From: Minisyncoccota bacterium
GTDB taxonomy: Bacteria > Patescibacteriota > Minisyncoccia > Phycocordibacterales > DASSSU01
DNA: 64,000 nt
Assembly (NCBI GenBank): GCA_035708305.1
Contig: DASSSU010000030.1
Location: forward strand, 9,649-73,648
Direction of reading: 5' to 3'
Numbering within the stretch: the first letter of the stretch is position 1; each line of letters opens with the position of its first letter. A model generated the notes under the pieces. It searched no databases. It saw only the letters and a program-made list of their open reading frames with translations, and was not told the DNA's origin. Below are positions 19,314 through 29,094 of the stretch, piece after piece. Both the position numbers and the translations under genes were made by a program.

Positions 19314-19769
19314 ATGATTTTAAACAAACACCTGATTCTTGAAGCGGTTCGAAAAAACGATATTTCGATCGATCCGTTTTTCGAAGAAAACTTCAAAGAT
19401 GCGAGCTACACATTTACGCTTGATAGAAAAATAAAAACATTGGCGGAAACTGCGACGCTCAAACTTGACGCCGTTTCGTATCAAGAACACACCATTTCAG
19501 AAGATGGTTTTGTATTGTTGCCGCAGCAGTTTGTCGTCGGATACACGAGAGAAAAACTTTCTCTCCATGGAAAATATGCCTGTATGCTTTCCGCACGGGG
19601 CTCGGTGGCACAGAAAGGACTTGCGGTGCTTTTGACTGATACGTTTTGTGAACCGGATACGGACGGACAGATCGCGATTGCGATTCACAATGTTTCGAAC
19701 CTGCCGGTTGAATTAAAAGCGGGACTGAAGATCGTAAAAGGAATTTTTCTTCCGGTAGGCCGGGAGTAA
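19314..19769 (+). CDS. dcd: dCTP deaminase (trimeric dUTPase-fold)
   Basis: ISIDPF, ASYTFTL, FVVGYTRE, ARGSVAQKGL, EPDTDGQI. Confidence 0.75.
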   Translation: MILNKHLILEAVRKNDISIDPFFEENFKDASYTFTLDRKIKTLAETATLKLDAVSYQEHTISEDGFVLLPQQFVVGYTREKLSLHGKYACMLSARGSVAQKGLAVLLTDTFCEPDTDGQIAIAIHNVSNLPVELKAGLKIVKGIFLPVGRE

Positions 19770-19804
19770 CTCAATCCCGAGTGCTGAAGTAAAATTAAAA
19801 AAAT

Positions 19805-20327
19805 ATGAATCCACACAACATTCTTCATTTTTTGTTTTGTCGAATCGAAACCCTCGCAGTGGTTTCGAGAGGATGCGGACTTTGATGAAAAAATTCGAAC
19901 GCACTTTGGCGAGACATATCGCCGGGCGTAAAGGGAGAAACGGCGGAGTGGCAAAAACCCCCGAAGGGCGGATCGCGGAAATCATCGTGCTTGATCAGTT
20001 CTCGCGCAACATGTTTCGCGGGACACCCCAGGCTTTCGCGGAAGATGCACGCGCACTCGAACTCGCGAAGGAAGCGATCGCGGCCGGAGACGACAAAAAA
20101 CTTCCGCGGAAATATCGTCACTTTCTCTACACGCCATTTATGTACAGCGAGTCACGCGGAGTACACAAGAAAGCGTTTTGGCTTTTTCTTTCGCTTTGGA
20201 ATCCGTCTGTATTTTATTTGAGATCAAGCACAAGAGAGTCATCGACCGCTTCGGCCGCTACCCGTCGCGCAACAAAATCCTTGGCCGTCAAAACACGCCG
20301 GAAGAGGAAGAATTTTTGCACCCGTGA
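19805..20327 (+). pseudogene. DUF924 family protein with multiple frameshifts
   Basis: Pieces in different frames: MNPHNILHF / VESKPSQWFREDADFDEKIRTHFG / IIVLDQFSRNMFRG...PFMYSES / HKRVIDRFGRYPSRNKILGRQNTPEEEEFL. Confidence 0.85.
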
Positions 20328-20412
20328 TTTTTTGTGGGTACTCGGAAAAACCTAAAAAATCTTCCAGTTGCCGTCCAGAATTTTGGGAGTACAATGGAAG
20401 AAATAGGCGAAA

Positions 20413-21549
20413 ATGTCTCAATATCCCTCGAAAAATAAGAATATTTTGTTTGCCGTCAGCTCGCTCGGGCTGGGGCATGCCACACGGACGTTGCCAATCA
20501 TCCGTGATTTTGAGTTACGCGGTTTTCGGATTTTTATCCTCTCCGACGGAAAAGCGCTCGAGTACCTGAAGCAGGAATTTCCGACTGCCCGCTTCATCAC
20601 CAGTAAGGACTATCCGCCGCTGGAGCGGGGAAAGGATCTGCAGTACTATCTCTATATTTGTCCGGATCTTTTTCGCACGATTTTCACTGTTCGGCGGGAA
20701 CACGCAGAAACGGAAAAAATTATTACGGACGCAAATATTTGCGCGATTTTTTCAGACGGCCGCTATGGAGTATACAGCCGGCGCATTCCGTCATTTTTTC
20801 TTACGCACCAGACGCAATTCCATGTGCGTCCAAGAGACGTTTGGTTCACGCCAGTGCTCCACTTTTTTAACTACAGCCGGCTCAAAAAATTCGATCATAT
20901 TTTTATTCCCGATTACGAAGACGAGCGTGTTTCACTCGCTGGCAAACTTTCTCGTGCACACTTCCTAAAAAAACTTCCGCATTCTTACATCGGCACACTC
21001 TCTTCTTTGAGAAGGCAAAACGGCATCAGCGAAGACATCGACTATCTCTTCACGATCAGCGGTTTTCTGGATGAGCACCGGCCTTCTTTTATCAAAACAC
21101 TTTTGGAACAGGCGCGGGAACTTCCTGGGAAAAAAGTATTTGTGCTGGGCAATCCTGCTTCATCGGAAGTGCATCATGATCCAGAAGCGAACATCACAAT
21201 CTACGAAAATGTCTCTGGCGAAAAGCGCAACGAACTTTTCAATCGCGCGCGATTTGTGGTTTCGCGCTGCGGATACACAACACTCATGGACATGGCGGAG
21301 CTGGAAAAGCCCTCGCTTCTCATTCCGACACCGAACCAACGAGAGCAGGAGTACCTCGCACTCTGGAATGCCGAGAAGCGGATCTTTTTGACGGAAGAGG
21401 GGGAGGAACAAATTTCTTTGGCACAACAGATTACTCGTGTTCAGGAACTTCTTCCATTTCCTTCTTCTGTCAAAACGCACCATGCCCTTGAGCACATCCG
21501 CCGTACGATGCAAAATATTGCCGACAATCGATTTGGTGATATTGTGTAG
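20413..21549 (+). CDS. GT-B glycosyltransferase (GT28/MJ1255-like)
   Basis: GLGHATR, VSRCGYTT, IPTPNQREQEY. Confidence 0.85.
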   Translation: MSQYPSKNKNILFAVSSLGLGHATRTLPIIRDFELRGFRIFILSDGKALEYLKQEFPTARFITSKDYPPLERGKDLQYYLYICPDLFRTIFTVRREHAETEKIITDANICAIFSDGRYGVYSRRIPSFFLTHQTQFHVRPRDVWFTPVLHFFNYSRLKKFDHIFIPDYEDERVSLAGKLSRAHFLKKLPHSYIGTLSSLRRQNGISEDIDYLFTISGFLDEHRPSFIKTLLEQARELPGKKVFVLGNPASSEVHHDPEANITIYENVSGEKRNELFNRARFVVSRCGYTTLMDMAELEKPSLLIPTPNQREQEYLALWNAEKRIFLTEEGEEQISLAQQITRVQELLPFPSSVKTHHALEHIRRTMQNIADNRFGDIV

Positions 21550-21554
21550 AGACA

Positions 21555-22364
21555 ATGAAACTGAAACTCAAGTTTGTATCTTTTCTTCGTTTTTTGAAAA
21601 AAGAGCGACGCTCTCTGGTGCGTGGCTTTTTTCGCCATATGGTTTTCTTTGGGATTGTGGGGATTCTTCTCTATAGTCTGGCGCTCTATGGAATTTTTTT
21701 TCTCTTCAACTCCTATGCACACGTAGAGCCGTTTCAGGGCGAGCTGCCGGTGTATGCTTCGGTCGATGACGTGGAAGGGGCAACGGGTTTTCTCGCGTAT
21801 CGGCAGCAGGAATCGCAAACTCCCATGCAGCCGGTCAACCTCATCCTGATCGGTCCATCGAACATGCAAGATGTTTTTCACCAGCTTTCCTGGATTCCGG
21901 ACGTGAACTTCAGCTTGGAGAGCATTCCTTTCAGTGATTTTTTGCGTTTGCTGAAAGAAAAAACACCGCCTATTTCGGATTTGTACGTGGATGGTCAGAT
22001 TCAGAATTCTTCTTTTCAAAATCAGTCAGATTCACTGTGGCACCGTGAGCATGTGCGGTTGTGGAGGTTTGGCACTTTGGAAGGGAGTGGGCAGTCTATT
22101 TATCTTGCTTCGGTGAGTGCGGACGCGGGCATCGACTTTGCTTCCTACCGAGACTTTATCGTTCCACTCCATGAAATCTCTCCCAATATTGATGTGTCGC
22201 GCGATCATTTTCTTACACTCGTCAAAGCAAAAATCCCCGGTATTTCTTACGTGTACAAACCCTGGGGACTGGTAAAAAAGCGTGAGAGAGATCCGGATGG
22301 AAATTCCTACTACACGGACGGCAAGGTTCTAGTTATCACGTTTCCAAAACTTGCCAGCACCTGA
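21555..22364 (+). CDS. LssY C-terminal domain protein with an N-terminal TM
   Basis: QPVNL, PISDLY, REHVRLWR, HEISPNIDVSRD, YYTDG. Confidence 0.8.
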   Translation: MKLKLKFVSFLRFLKKERRSLVRGFFRHMVFFGIVGILLYSLALYGIFFLFNSYAHVEPFQGELPVYASVDDVEGATGFLAYRQQESQTPMQPVNLILIGPSNMQDVFHQLSWIPDVNFSLESIPFSDFLRLLKEKTPPISDLYVDGQIQNSSFQNQSDSLWHREHVRLWRFGTLEGSGQSIYLASVSADAGIDFASYRDFIVPLHEISPNIDVSRDHFLTLVKAKIPGISYVYKPWGLVKKRERDPDGNSYYTDGKVLVITFPKLAST

Positions 22365-22449
22365 ACTTCATGAGTTCTGCTGCTCGTTTGTGATAAAAAA
22401 TGAAAGAGGAGAATTAATTCAAATTAAATTTTATAAATTTTTTTTACAC

Positions 22450-23154
22450 ATGAATCGCAAAACACACCTTTTCTTTGACTTGGACGATACTGTTACGTTC
22501 AGCCGCACCCCGATTGAGGATGATGCTTTGGAAGTGTACCGATCTCTTCCGTGCGATGTGGTGATTGTTTCCGGAGCGCACGTGAACCAAATCCACACAC
22601 AAACACGCGGACTCTCGTGCTATCGGCTTGGACAGAATGGCAACCAGGCTTTTTCTCCCGACGGAGCACTGCTGTGGGAAGAGTTGCTCACGGAGTCGCA
22701 AGCTGAGAAAATCCGGCAGCATGTCGCCGCGCTTCAGCGTGAGTGCACGCACTCGGTGAAAGACCCGAACGATCTGCTCGAACATCGCGGATCGCAAATT
22801 TCCTATAGTCTGCTGGGGCACCATGAAGATGTGGCGCTCAAAAAAGCATTTGATCCAGAGAAAAAGCTTCGGGTGGAACTGCTCGAAAAACGGCCGTTTC
22901 TTGATGATGAACTGGAAGTGCGAATCGGCGGAACAACCTGTTTCGATTATTTTCAAAAAGGAAAGAACAAAGGCTACAATGTGAAAAAGCTCATCGAGCA
23001 CATGGGTTGGGATCTTGAGGATGCGCTCTACTTCGGTGACTCGCTTTTTCCGGGAGGAAACGACGAAACGGTTGTCGGTGTGATTGAAACCGTGGAAGTA
23101 AAAAACCATCGCCATACGCTGGAAGTACTCCGGGAGTTATTTCCGGTGAAATAA
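22450..23154 (+). CDS. HAD-IIB hydrolase, PMM (eukaryote-type phosphomannomutase)-like
   Basis: FFDLDDT, EHRGSQI, IGGTTCFD, YFGDSLFPGGND. Confidence 0.85.
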   Translation: MNRKTHLFFDLDDTVTFSRTPIEDDALEVYRSLPCDVVIVSGAHVNQIHTQTRGLSCYRLGQNGNQAFSPDGALLWEELLTESQAEKIRQHVAALQRECTHSVKDPNDLLEHRGSQISYSLLGHHEDVALKKAFDPEKKLRVELLEKRPFLDDELEVRIGGTTCFDYFQKGKNKGYNVKKLIEHMGWDLEDALYFGDSLFPGGNDETVVGVIETVEVKNHRHTLEVLRELFPVK

Positions 23155-23205
23155 TTTTTTTGCTAGAATTTTAGGCAAAAAGCAATTTTTTGCTATGATG
23201 GAAGA

Positions 23206-24204
23206 ATGAAGCAAGATTCCATCCAGGTTTCAAATCTCTCAAAAACCTTTATTTTTCCGGTAAAAAACCCAGCAAAGAGCTGGGCGGAAAATCTTTTTGC
23301 TCCTGAAAAGAGGGAGGTGCAGGCGGTGAAAGATATCTCTTTCACGATTTCAAAGGGTGAACGTGTGGCGTTTATCGGTCCGAATGGCGCGGGGAAATCC
23401 ACCACGATCAAGATGCTCACGGGGATCCTTTTTCCCACTTCGGACGAAGTCAGTGTGCTCGGTTTGGACCCGGTGAAGCAGCGAAAAGCTCTGGCGTACC
23501 AGATCGGCACCGTGTTTGGTCAGCGATCGCAGCTTTTGCCCAACCTTCCCCTCACGGACTCGCTGGAGTTTTTTGGTGTGATGTACGATCTTACGGATGC
23601 GCAGATACATCAGCGTACGAAAGAGCTTGCAGAACTTTTCAACCTTGGCGCCTTTATCGATCAGCCGGTCCGCAAGCTTTCGCTTGGACAACGAATGCGC
23701 GCGGAGGTGGCCGCGTCTTTGATACACAAACCAAAAATCATCCTGCTCGACGAACCCACGATCGGGCTTGATGTGGTGGCGAAAAAATCTTTGCGCGATC
23801 TCCTTCTTGCGGTGAACCAAGAGGAAGAAACGACAATTTTTTTGACCTCGCACGACGTGGGAGATATCGAGTCTCTTTGTGATCGCACGATCGTCATCAA
23901 CAACGGCACGATTATTCAAGACTTGCCAACGAAGCAGCTTTCCCGGGCTTTTGTGTTTGAAAAGTATATTGATCTCATTCCGCTTGAAAAATTCCAAAAT
24001 TTCCCTGACCTTCCCGCGGGAATGAAATACACTTCTCAAACTCCCGATAAAATCACAGTGGCGGTGGACGTGAACAAAATGAACGCCACAGAGTCTTTAA
24101 AAAAATTGCTTACCATATTTGAGGTGGAGGACGTGGACGTCTACAACACCAGTCTGGAAACGGTAATTCGACACATTTATGAAAGTCGCTCGTCTGGGAA
24201 ATAA
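23206..24204 (+). CDS. ABC-2 transporter ATP-binding protein
   Basis: GPNGAGKST, LSLGQRMR, LDEPTIGLD. Confidence 0.92.
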   Translation: MKQDSIQVSNLSKTFIFPVKNPAKSWAENLFAPEKREVQAVKDISFTISKGERVAFIGPNGAGKSTTIKMLTGILFPTSDEVSVLGLDPVKQRKALAYQIGTVFGQRSQLLPNLPLTDSLEFFGVMYDLTDAQIHQRTKELAELFNLGAFIDQPVRKLSLGQRMRAEVAASLIHKPKIILLDEPTIGLDVVAKKSLRDLLLAVNQEEETTIFLTSHDVGDIESLCDRTIVINNGTIIQDLPTKQLSRAFVFEKYIDLIPLEKFQNFPDLPAGMKYTSQTPDKITVAVDVNKMNATESLKKLLTIFEVEDVDVYNTSLETVIRHIYESRSSGK

Positions 24205-24979
24205 AATCGTCGGAACATTGGTGAAAGACCGGATGCAGTATCCGGGGCGACTTGTTGCGGACACATTTTCTCTGATTGCTCGCTGTGGAATCTTACTTAC
24301 ATTGTACTGGTACGTGTATCAGCTTGAGGGTGGGACAGTAAACGGCACGACATACGCCTTTGTTGCCTGGAGTATGTTTTTCTATTTTGCGTTTTCTACT
24401 TTTCGGTTGCGGGGAATTTCAAACCTGATCATGCAGGACGTAAAATCCGGAAATGTGGAGGTGCTCTTCAGTAAGCCAGTCTCATACCTTGGATACCGCA
24501 CATGGTGGCAGATCGGTACGGGAATGTATTCTTTTCTGGTTGCGTCTTTGCTCGGAACCGCGGTGATGGTGCTCGTGATCGGACTTCCGCCCACCATGAC
24601 TACTGCCATGTTTCTCCCCACGTTTGTGCTGGTATTCCTCGGCGCGTCAATTTTGACGCTCATCGTGTACACGATCGTTGGGCTTTTAGCGTTTTGGATC
24701 GAGGACATTGCGCCTGTGTTTGGGGTGGTGGACAAATCGGTTATGATTTTGGGTGGTTCGTATTTGCCGGTTGCACTTTTTCCAAATTTTCTTTACAAGA
24801 TCGCGCTCTACAGTCCGTTTGGTGCATCGCAGTTTGTTACGCATACGGTGTACGAGTCTTGGCAGACAGACTGGTACGCGCTCATTGGTATTCAGGTATT
24901 TTGGATTCTGCTGCTTGGGGTTGTTGTGGTTACGATGTTTGCGGGGGCAAAAAAGAAAGTATCAATAAACGGCGGGTAA
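24179..24979 (+). CDS. ABC-2 permease (DUF990-like)
   Basis: About six TMs, DVKSG..EVLFSKPVSY, LGGSYLP; overlaps the ATPase stop. Confidence 0.85.
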   Translation: MKVARLGNKIVGTLVKDRMQYPGRLVADTFSLIARCGILLTLYWYVYQLEGGTVNGTTYAFVAWSMFFYFAFSTFRLRGISNLIMQDVKSGNVEVLFSKPVSYLGYRTWWQIGTGMYSFLVASLLGTAVMVLVIGLPPTMTTAMFLPTFVLVFLGASILTLIVYTIVGLLAFWIEDIAPVFGVVDKSVMILGGSYLPVALFPNFLYKIALYSPFGASQFVTHTVYESWQTDWYALIGIQVFWILLLGVVVVTMFAGAKKKVSINGG

Positions 24980-24994
24980 AGATAAAACACAAAC

Positions 24995-25789
24995 ATGTTG
25001 AAAGAAATACGATTCGCACTCTACACGATACAAAAAAATATCCAAAGCAGTGCCGAACTTCGGACGAGTTTTCTGATGAATGTCATTGGCATGGCGGTGA
25101 ACAACACGGCGTTTATTTTCCTGTGGGTCTTTTTCGTGCATTCGGTGGGAGTGATCGGCGGATGGACGGCGGCGGACATCATCGGACTGCAGGGATTTTC
25201 CGGATTGGCATACGGAGCGGTTTTTTCTCTGGCAGGTGGACTGGGAAAACTTCCTGAATACACCACTTCTGGAACATTTGATTCTTTTCTCCTTTCGCCG
25301 AAGAACCTTCTTTTGCGGGTGGCAACGTCTTCGTTTCGCGCCTCTGCGGTGGGCGATATGGCCTTTGGGGTCGTGTGCCTGGTGATTTATGTTGTGCTGA
25401 TTCATGCAAGTTTGCTGCAAATTGGCATCATGTTCCTCTTGGCGCTTTTGGCATCAGCGGTTTTTCTTGCGATGGTGATTGCGGTTTTTTCTGCGAGCTT
25501 CTTTTTTATTGATGCCTACTCAGTGACCAACGGGCTTTTTGAACTTTTCCTCACGCCTTCGCTTTTTCACGGTGGAGCATTTCAGGGGGTGATGCGGTTT
25601 ATCTTTACCTTTCTCATCCCCTCTCTTTTGATCGGGGCGCTGCCGGTGGAAGCGATGCGGCATATCCAGTTTTGGAAACTCGGCCTGATCGCCGTGCTCG
25701 CGTTTGCATGGCTTTTCCTCGCGATAAAAATTTTTCACAAAGCGATCCGAAAATATGAAAGCTCAAACTTCATGACGTTTGGAAGCTAA
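24995..25789 (+). CDS. ABC-2 permease (DUF990-like)
   Basis: IGGWT, SGTFDSFLLSP, ends IRKYESS. Confidence 0.85.
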   Translation: MLKEIRFALYTIQKNIQSSAELRTSFLMNVIGMAVNNTAFIFLWVFFVHSVGVIGGWTAADIIGLQGFSGLAYGAVFSLAGGLGKLPEYTTSGTFDSFLLSPKNLLLRVATSSFRASAVGDMAFGVVCLVIYVVLIHASLLQIGIMFLLALLASAVFLAMVIAVFSASFFFIDAYSVTNGLFELFLTPSLFHGGAFQGVMRFIFTFLIPSLLIGALPVEAMRHIQFWKLGLIAVLAFAWLFLAIKIFHKAIRKYESSNFMTFGS

Positions 25790-25970
25790 GATATTATAAA
25801 TATAAGAATTACAAAAATATGTAATACAAATTGGGATTATATTCCAAGCGATGAAGAACTTCGGTATTGCGGAATTGAAGTATACATGCCATGGGGGATA
25901 ATCAGAAAGTTGTCACGAGAAGAAATCTGCTTCAAGATGTGCGGGTTACATTATAGAGGGAAATTTTGAT

Positions 25971-26306
25971 ATGTCGCTATCAATGCCAAAGAAGGTGCCG
26001 GAACTCGGGTTCTATTATCATTCTGGTTCGGTGAACAATTATGCTTATGAAGTCATAGGGGTTGGATTTCACACCGAAGACGATGCTCGTCCGGGAGAGG
26101 AGCACTTTGTTGTTTACCGCCCACTGTATGCGGCTTCTGTTTACGAAGCTTCAAAAAAGCTCGGTGTCCCGTGTTTCGACATCCGACCGCTTGAGATGCG
26201 GATGGGTGAAGTTGAGAAAGAAGGAGAGAGGATTCCTCGCTTCCAAAGAATTACTGATCCGCGGATTATCGCGGAATTGGAAAAAATCCGAAATCGGATG
26301 TATTAA
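25971..26306 (+). CDS. DUF1653-like protein (possibly degenerate)
   Basis: GFYYH, YEVIGVGFHTE, VVYRPLY, RPLEM, PRF. Confidence 0.65.
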   Translation: MSLSMPKKVPELGFYYHSGSVNNYAYEVIGVGFHTEDDARPGEEHFVVYRPLYAASVYEASKKLGVPCFDIRPLEMRMGEVEKEGERIPRFQRITDPRIIAELEKIRNRMY

Positions 26307-26314
26307 ATATTTAT

Positions 26315-26348
26315 ATTCCGCAAGGCCCTCTGACCTTGCGGAATTTTT
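26315..26348 (+). terminator. Intrinsic terminator
   Basis: ATTCCGCAAGG/CCTTGCGGAAT 11-bp stem plus T run. Confidence 0.8.
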
Positions 26349-26423
26349 ATGTTTTATGACACCTTTTGTCTTAAATGAGCCTCTCCGTTTGTTTTCTTCA
26401 GCTGAATGGTATGATAGGTGCAT

Positions 26424-26768
26424 ATGGCAAATATATATTTAACGCAAAAACACTGTATTCCGTGTGAAGCCGGTACACCGCCGCTTACCAAAACACAAGC
26501 GGAGGAATATTTGAAAACACTTTCCGGTTGGGACCTTGTTGAGGGAAGTACAAAACTTCAAAAAGAATATGTTTTCACGGATTTTAAAGAGGCACTTGAG
26601 TTTGTAAATACCCTTGGAGAAATTGCTGAAGCGGAAGGTCATCATCCGGATATTTTTCTTCATGATTACAAACGAGTCATGGTCATGCTCTCCACGCACG
26701 CAATCGGCGGACTCTCAGAAAATGACTTTATCTTGGCTGCAAAAGCCGATGAGAAGGTGAATCGTTAA
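26424..26768 (+). CDS. phhB: Pterin-4-alpha-carbinolamine dehydratase
   Basis: CIPCEAG, AEAEGHHPD, STHAIGGLSENDFILAAK. Confidence 0.93.
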   Translation: MANIYLTQKHCIPCEAGTPPLTKTQAEEYLKTLSGWDLVEGSTKLQKEYVFTDFKEALEFVNTLGEIAEAEGHHPDIFLHDYKRVMVMLSTHAIGGLSENDFILAAKADEKVNR

Positions 26769-26823
26769 AGAGGGAAGCGTGAGCCAGAGTATTGACATTG
26801 ACAAATTTTAAAAAGGAAACAAA

Positions 26824-27525
26824 ATGGATTTTCTCAAAAACATGCGCTATCCGGGGAGATTTATCGTTTTGGGGGAAGACGGCGAATATTTTGTTGCGAT
26901 ATACGGAGCCATGGGGAGGAATTCTTCGAGCTTGCGGCGGAAATACGAGAAGGAAAATGGTGGAATAAAAGCCACGCAGCTTGAAAGCGGGGGCGATGCC
27001 GAACTCTTGAACTATCAAGCAGTGAGATTTCTTGAAAAGGGAATAATTGTTGCAAATGGTTGTCAAGGAGACTACGTAAAAGCTTTTACCAAAAACACCG
27101 CGCAAGAGCAGCTCCTGGATGATCTGCAAAACGAGTTGCCCGAACCGGATAAATACAACACTCCTCGGATTACGGCAGCGTACTTTGAAAAACCATCAGA
27201 AGTTTCTGCCGCACTTCATATTGTTCGCCAAAACCAAGGAGTGGTGGAAAGAAAAGCATGGCGGGTGGAGCTCGTTTCCGGAAAGGGGATGTATATTTCT
27301 ACCTACGCAGGTGATGATGTTCGTCCGGCGCCGTCCTTTCTTGGAGATCCACTTTTGGTGGATATTTCCTTCGGTTCTGCGGATATTGCAGCAAGAAGTA
27401 TCTTTGACTTACTTACGCCTCCGGCCGGAGGAGAAGACTATCGCGTGGGAGTAATAGCGTGCTACAAGAAATTTGGAGAAGAAGCAAAATGCTCTATTTT
27501 AAATTGTATGGAAGATGTGCTTTGA
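26824..27525 (+). CDS. IMP cyclohydrolase-like protein (archaeal PurO family)
   Basis: YPGRFIVLG, MGRNSSSLRR, VANG, EPDKYNTPRI. Confidence 0.75.
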   Translation: MDFLKNMRYPGRFIVLGEDGEYFVAIYGAMGRNSSSLRRKYEKENGGIKATQLESGGDAELLNYQAVRFLEKGIIVANGCQGDYVKAFTKNTAQEQLLDDLQNELPEPDKYNTPRITAAYFEKPSEVSAALHIVRQNQGVVERKAWRVELVSGKGMYISTYAGDDVRPAPSFLGDPLLVDISFGSADIAARSIFDLLTPPAGGEDYRVGVIACYKKFGEEAKCSILNCMEDVL

Positions 27526-27555
27526 TCATGACTCTGGGGTAAAATGAAGCGCAAT

Positions 27556-28659
27556 ATGAGCAAGAAAATTTGCGTGGCGGTTTTGTTTGGTGGGAAGTCG
27601 GAAGAGCATGAGGTTTCTATCCAATCCACAAAAAATATTTTAAATGCCCTGGACAAAAAGAAGTACGAGGTGGTTCTTGTGGGGATAGGCAAGAGTGGAC
27701 GATGGCTCTCAAGTGGAAACTCAAAGCTTCTTTTGCACAGTGAAAAGATTCCGAAAACTTCCGCAAAGTTTCTTGATACGGTTGTTTTTCTTCCTCAAGG
27801 AAAAGGACAGCTCGCGGAAATATCTGACGGAAAAATTGTTCGGATTTGCAGGATCGACGTAGTACTACCGGTGCTCCATGGTCCTTTTGGGGAAGATGGC
27901 ACGGTACAAGGATTACTTCAAATCGCCGATGTGCCTTTTGTGGGTTCGGGTGTCCTCGGTTCGGCGGTGGGGATGGACAAAGATGTAATGAAACGGCTTC
28001 TGCGGGATGCCGGCATACCGGTGGCAAAGTTTCTTGTATACCGCAAGAGTGAACAGAAAAATATTTCATTTCAAAAAGTAAAAAAGGATCTAAGTTTGCC
28101 AATTTTTGTAAAACCGGCGAATCTTGGATCGTCTGTTGGGATTTCAAAAGTGCGCACGAAGCAGGAATTTGAAAAAGCTCTCGAAACAGCCTTTGCTTTC
28201 GATCAAAAAATTATCCTTGAAGAGTGTATTTCCGGACGTGAGATTGAGTGCTCGGTTCTGGGAAATGAAAATCCTCTTGCATCATTTCCTGGAGAAATTA
28301 TTTCTCACCGTGACTTTTATTCTTAGGATGCAAAGTATGGAGATACAAATGCGACGACTTTGAAGATTCCAGCAGAGCTTCCAAAGGCGGTGGCGAAAAA
28401 CATTCAAAAACTGTCTCTTAAAGTATTTGAAATTTTGAACGCCGAAGGTCTGGCGCGCGTGGATTGTTTTCTCACTGCAGACAACCGAGTTTTTGTAAAT
28501 GAGATCAACACTTTCCCGGGGTTCACTTCTGTGAGTATGTATCCCAAACTCTGGGAAGCAAGCGGCATCAGCTACACCGATCTTCTCGACCGGCTTATTG
28601 CACTTGCTCTTAATCAGTTCCAAAAAAATGAAAAGATTGACAAGAAAAGTAAGTCTTGA
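27556..28659 (+). pseudogene. ddl: D-alanine--D-alanine ligase interrupted by one in-frame TAG (28324-28326)
   Basis: FGGKSEEHEVS, LHGPFGEDG, VKPANLGSSVG, FYS*DAKY, ARVD, NEINTFPG, SMYP all in one frame. Confidence 0.9.
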
Positions 28660-28722
28660 CAAATTTTAAAAATTTGTTTTACTTACGGGAGTTTTTGTGT
28701 TCCCAAACGGAAGAGGTGAAAG

Positions 28723-29007
28723 ATGTCCGAAATTGTTGCTTTTGTACAAAAGATTGAGAATCTTGACCGGAAGGCGAGCTTCAAGGAAATTAACGAACTC
28801 TTTGTTCGTATTGGACAAATGGGTCCTGATGAATGTGTAAATTTTTATCAGGCACTTCGTTTTTTCTGTCGGTCACAAGGCCTGAAGATTGAAGATGATT
28901 TTGCAACTGATGAAGTTGCCAAGGCTCTGAGGTGCCGAATGAATGATTTAACGCGAACAGATCTTTTACTCATGCGAAAGTTCCGCGACGTTGTCGGAAG
29001 TTTTTAG
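28723..29007 (+). CDS. Hypothetical protein
   Basis: GAGGTG SD, TTGACA at 28656, terminator at 29020-29046. Confidence 0.6.
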   Translation: MSEIVAFVQKIENLDRKASFKEINELFVRIGQMGPDECVNFYQALRFFCRSQGLKIEDDFATDEVAKALRCRMNDLTRTDLLLMRKFRDVVGSF

Positions 29008-29094
29008 ATTCACCTACAGAAGGCTCAAATTAATTTTGGGCCTTTTAATTTTTTTCCTTTCCCGGAGATTCTATCTTGCGGTAAAATGAAAACA

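Noticed and set aside
25800-25969. Open frame ...WDYIPSDEELRYCGIEVYMPWG... upstream of the DUF1653-like gene
   Set aside because: No convincing start and no recognisable family; may be a remnant but cannot be supported.
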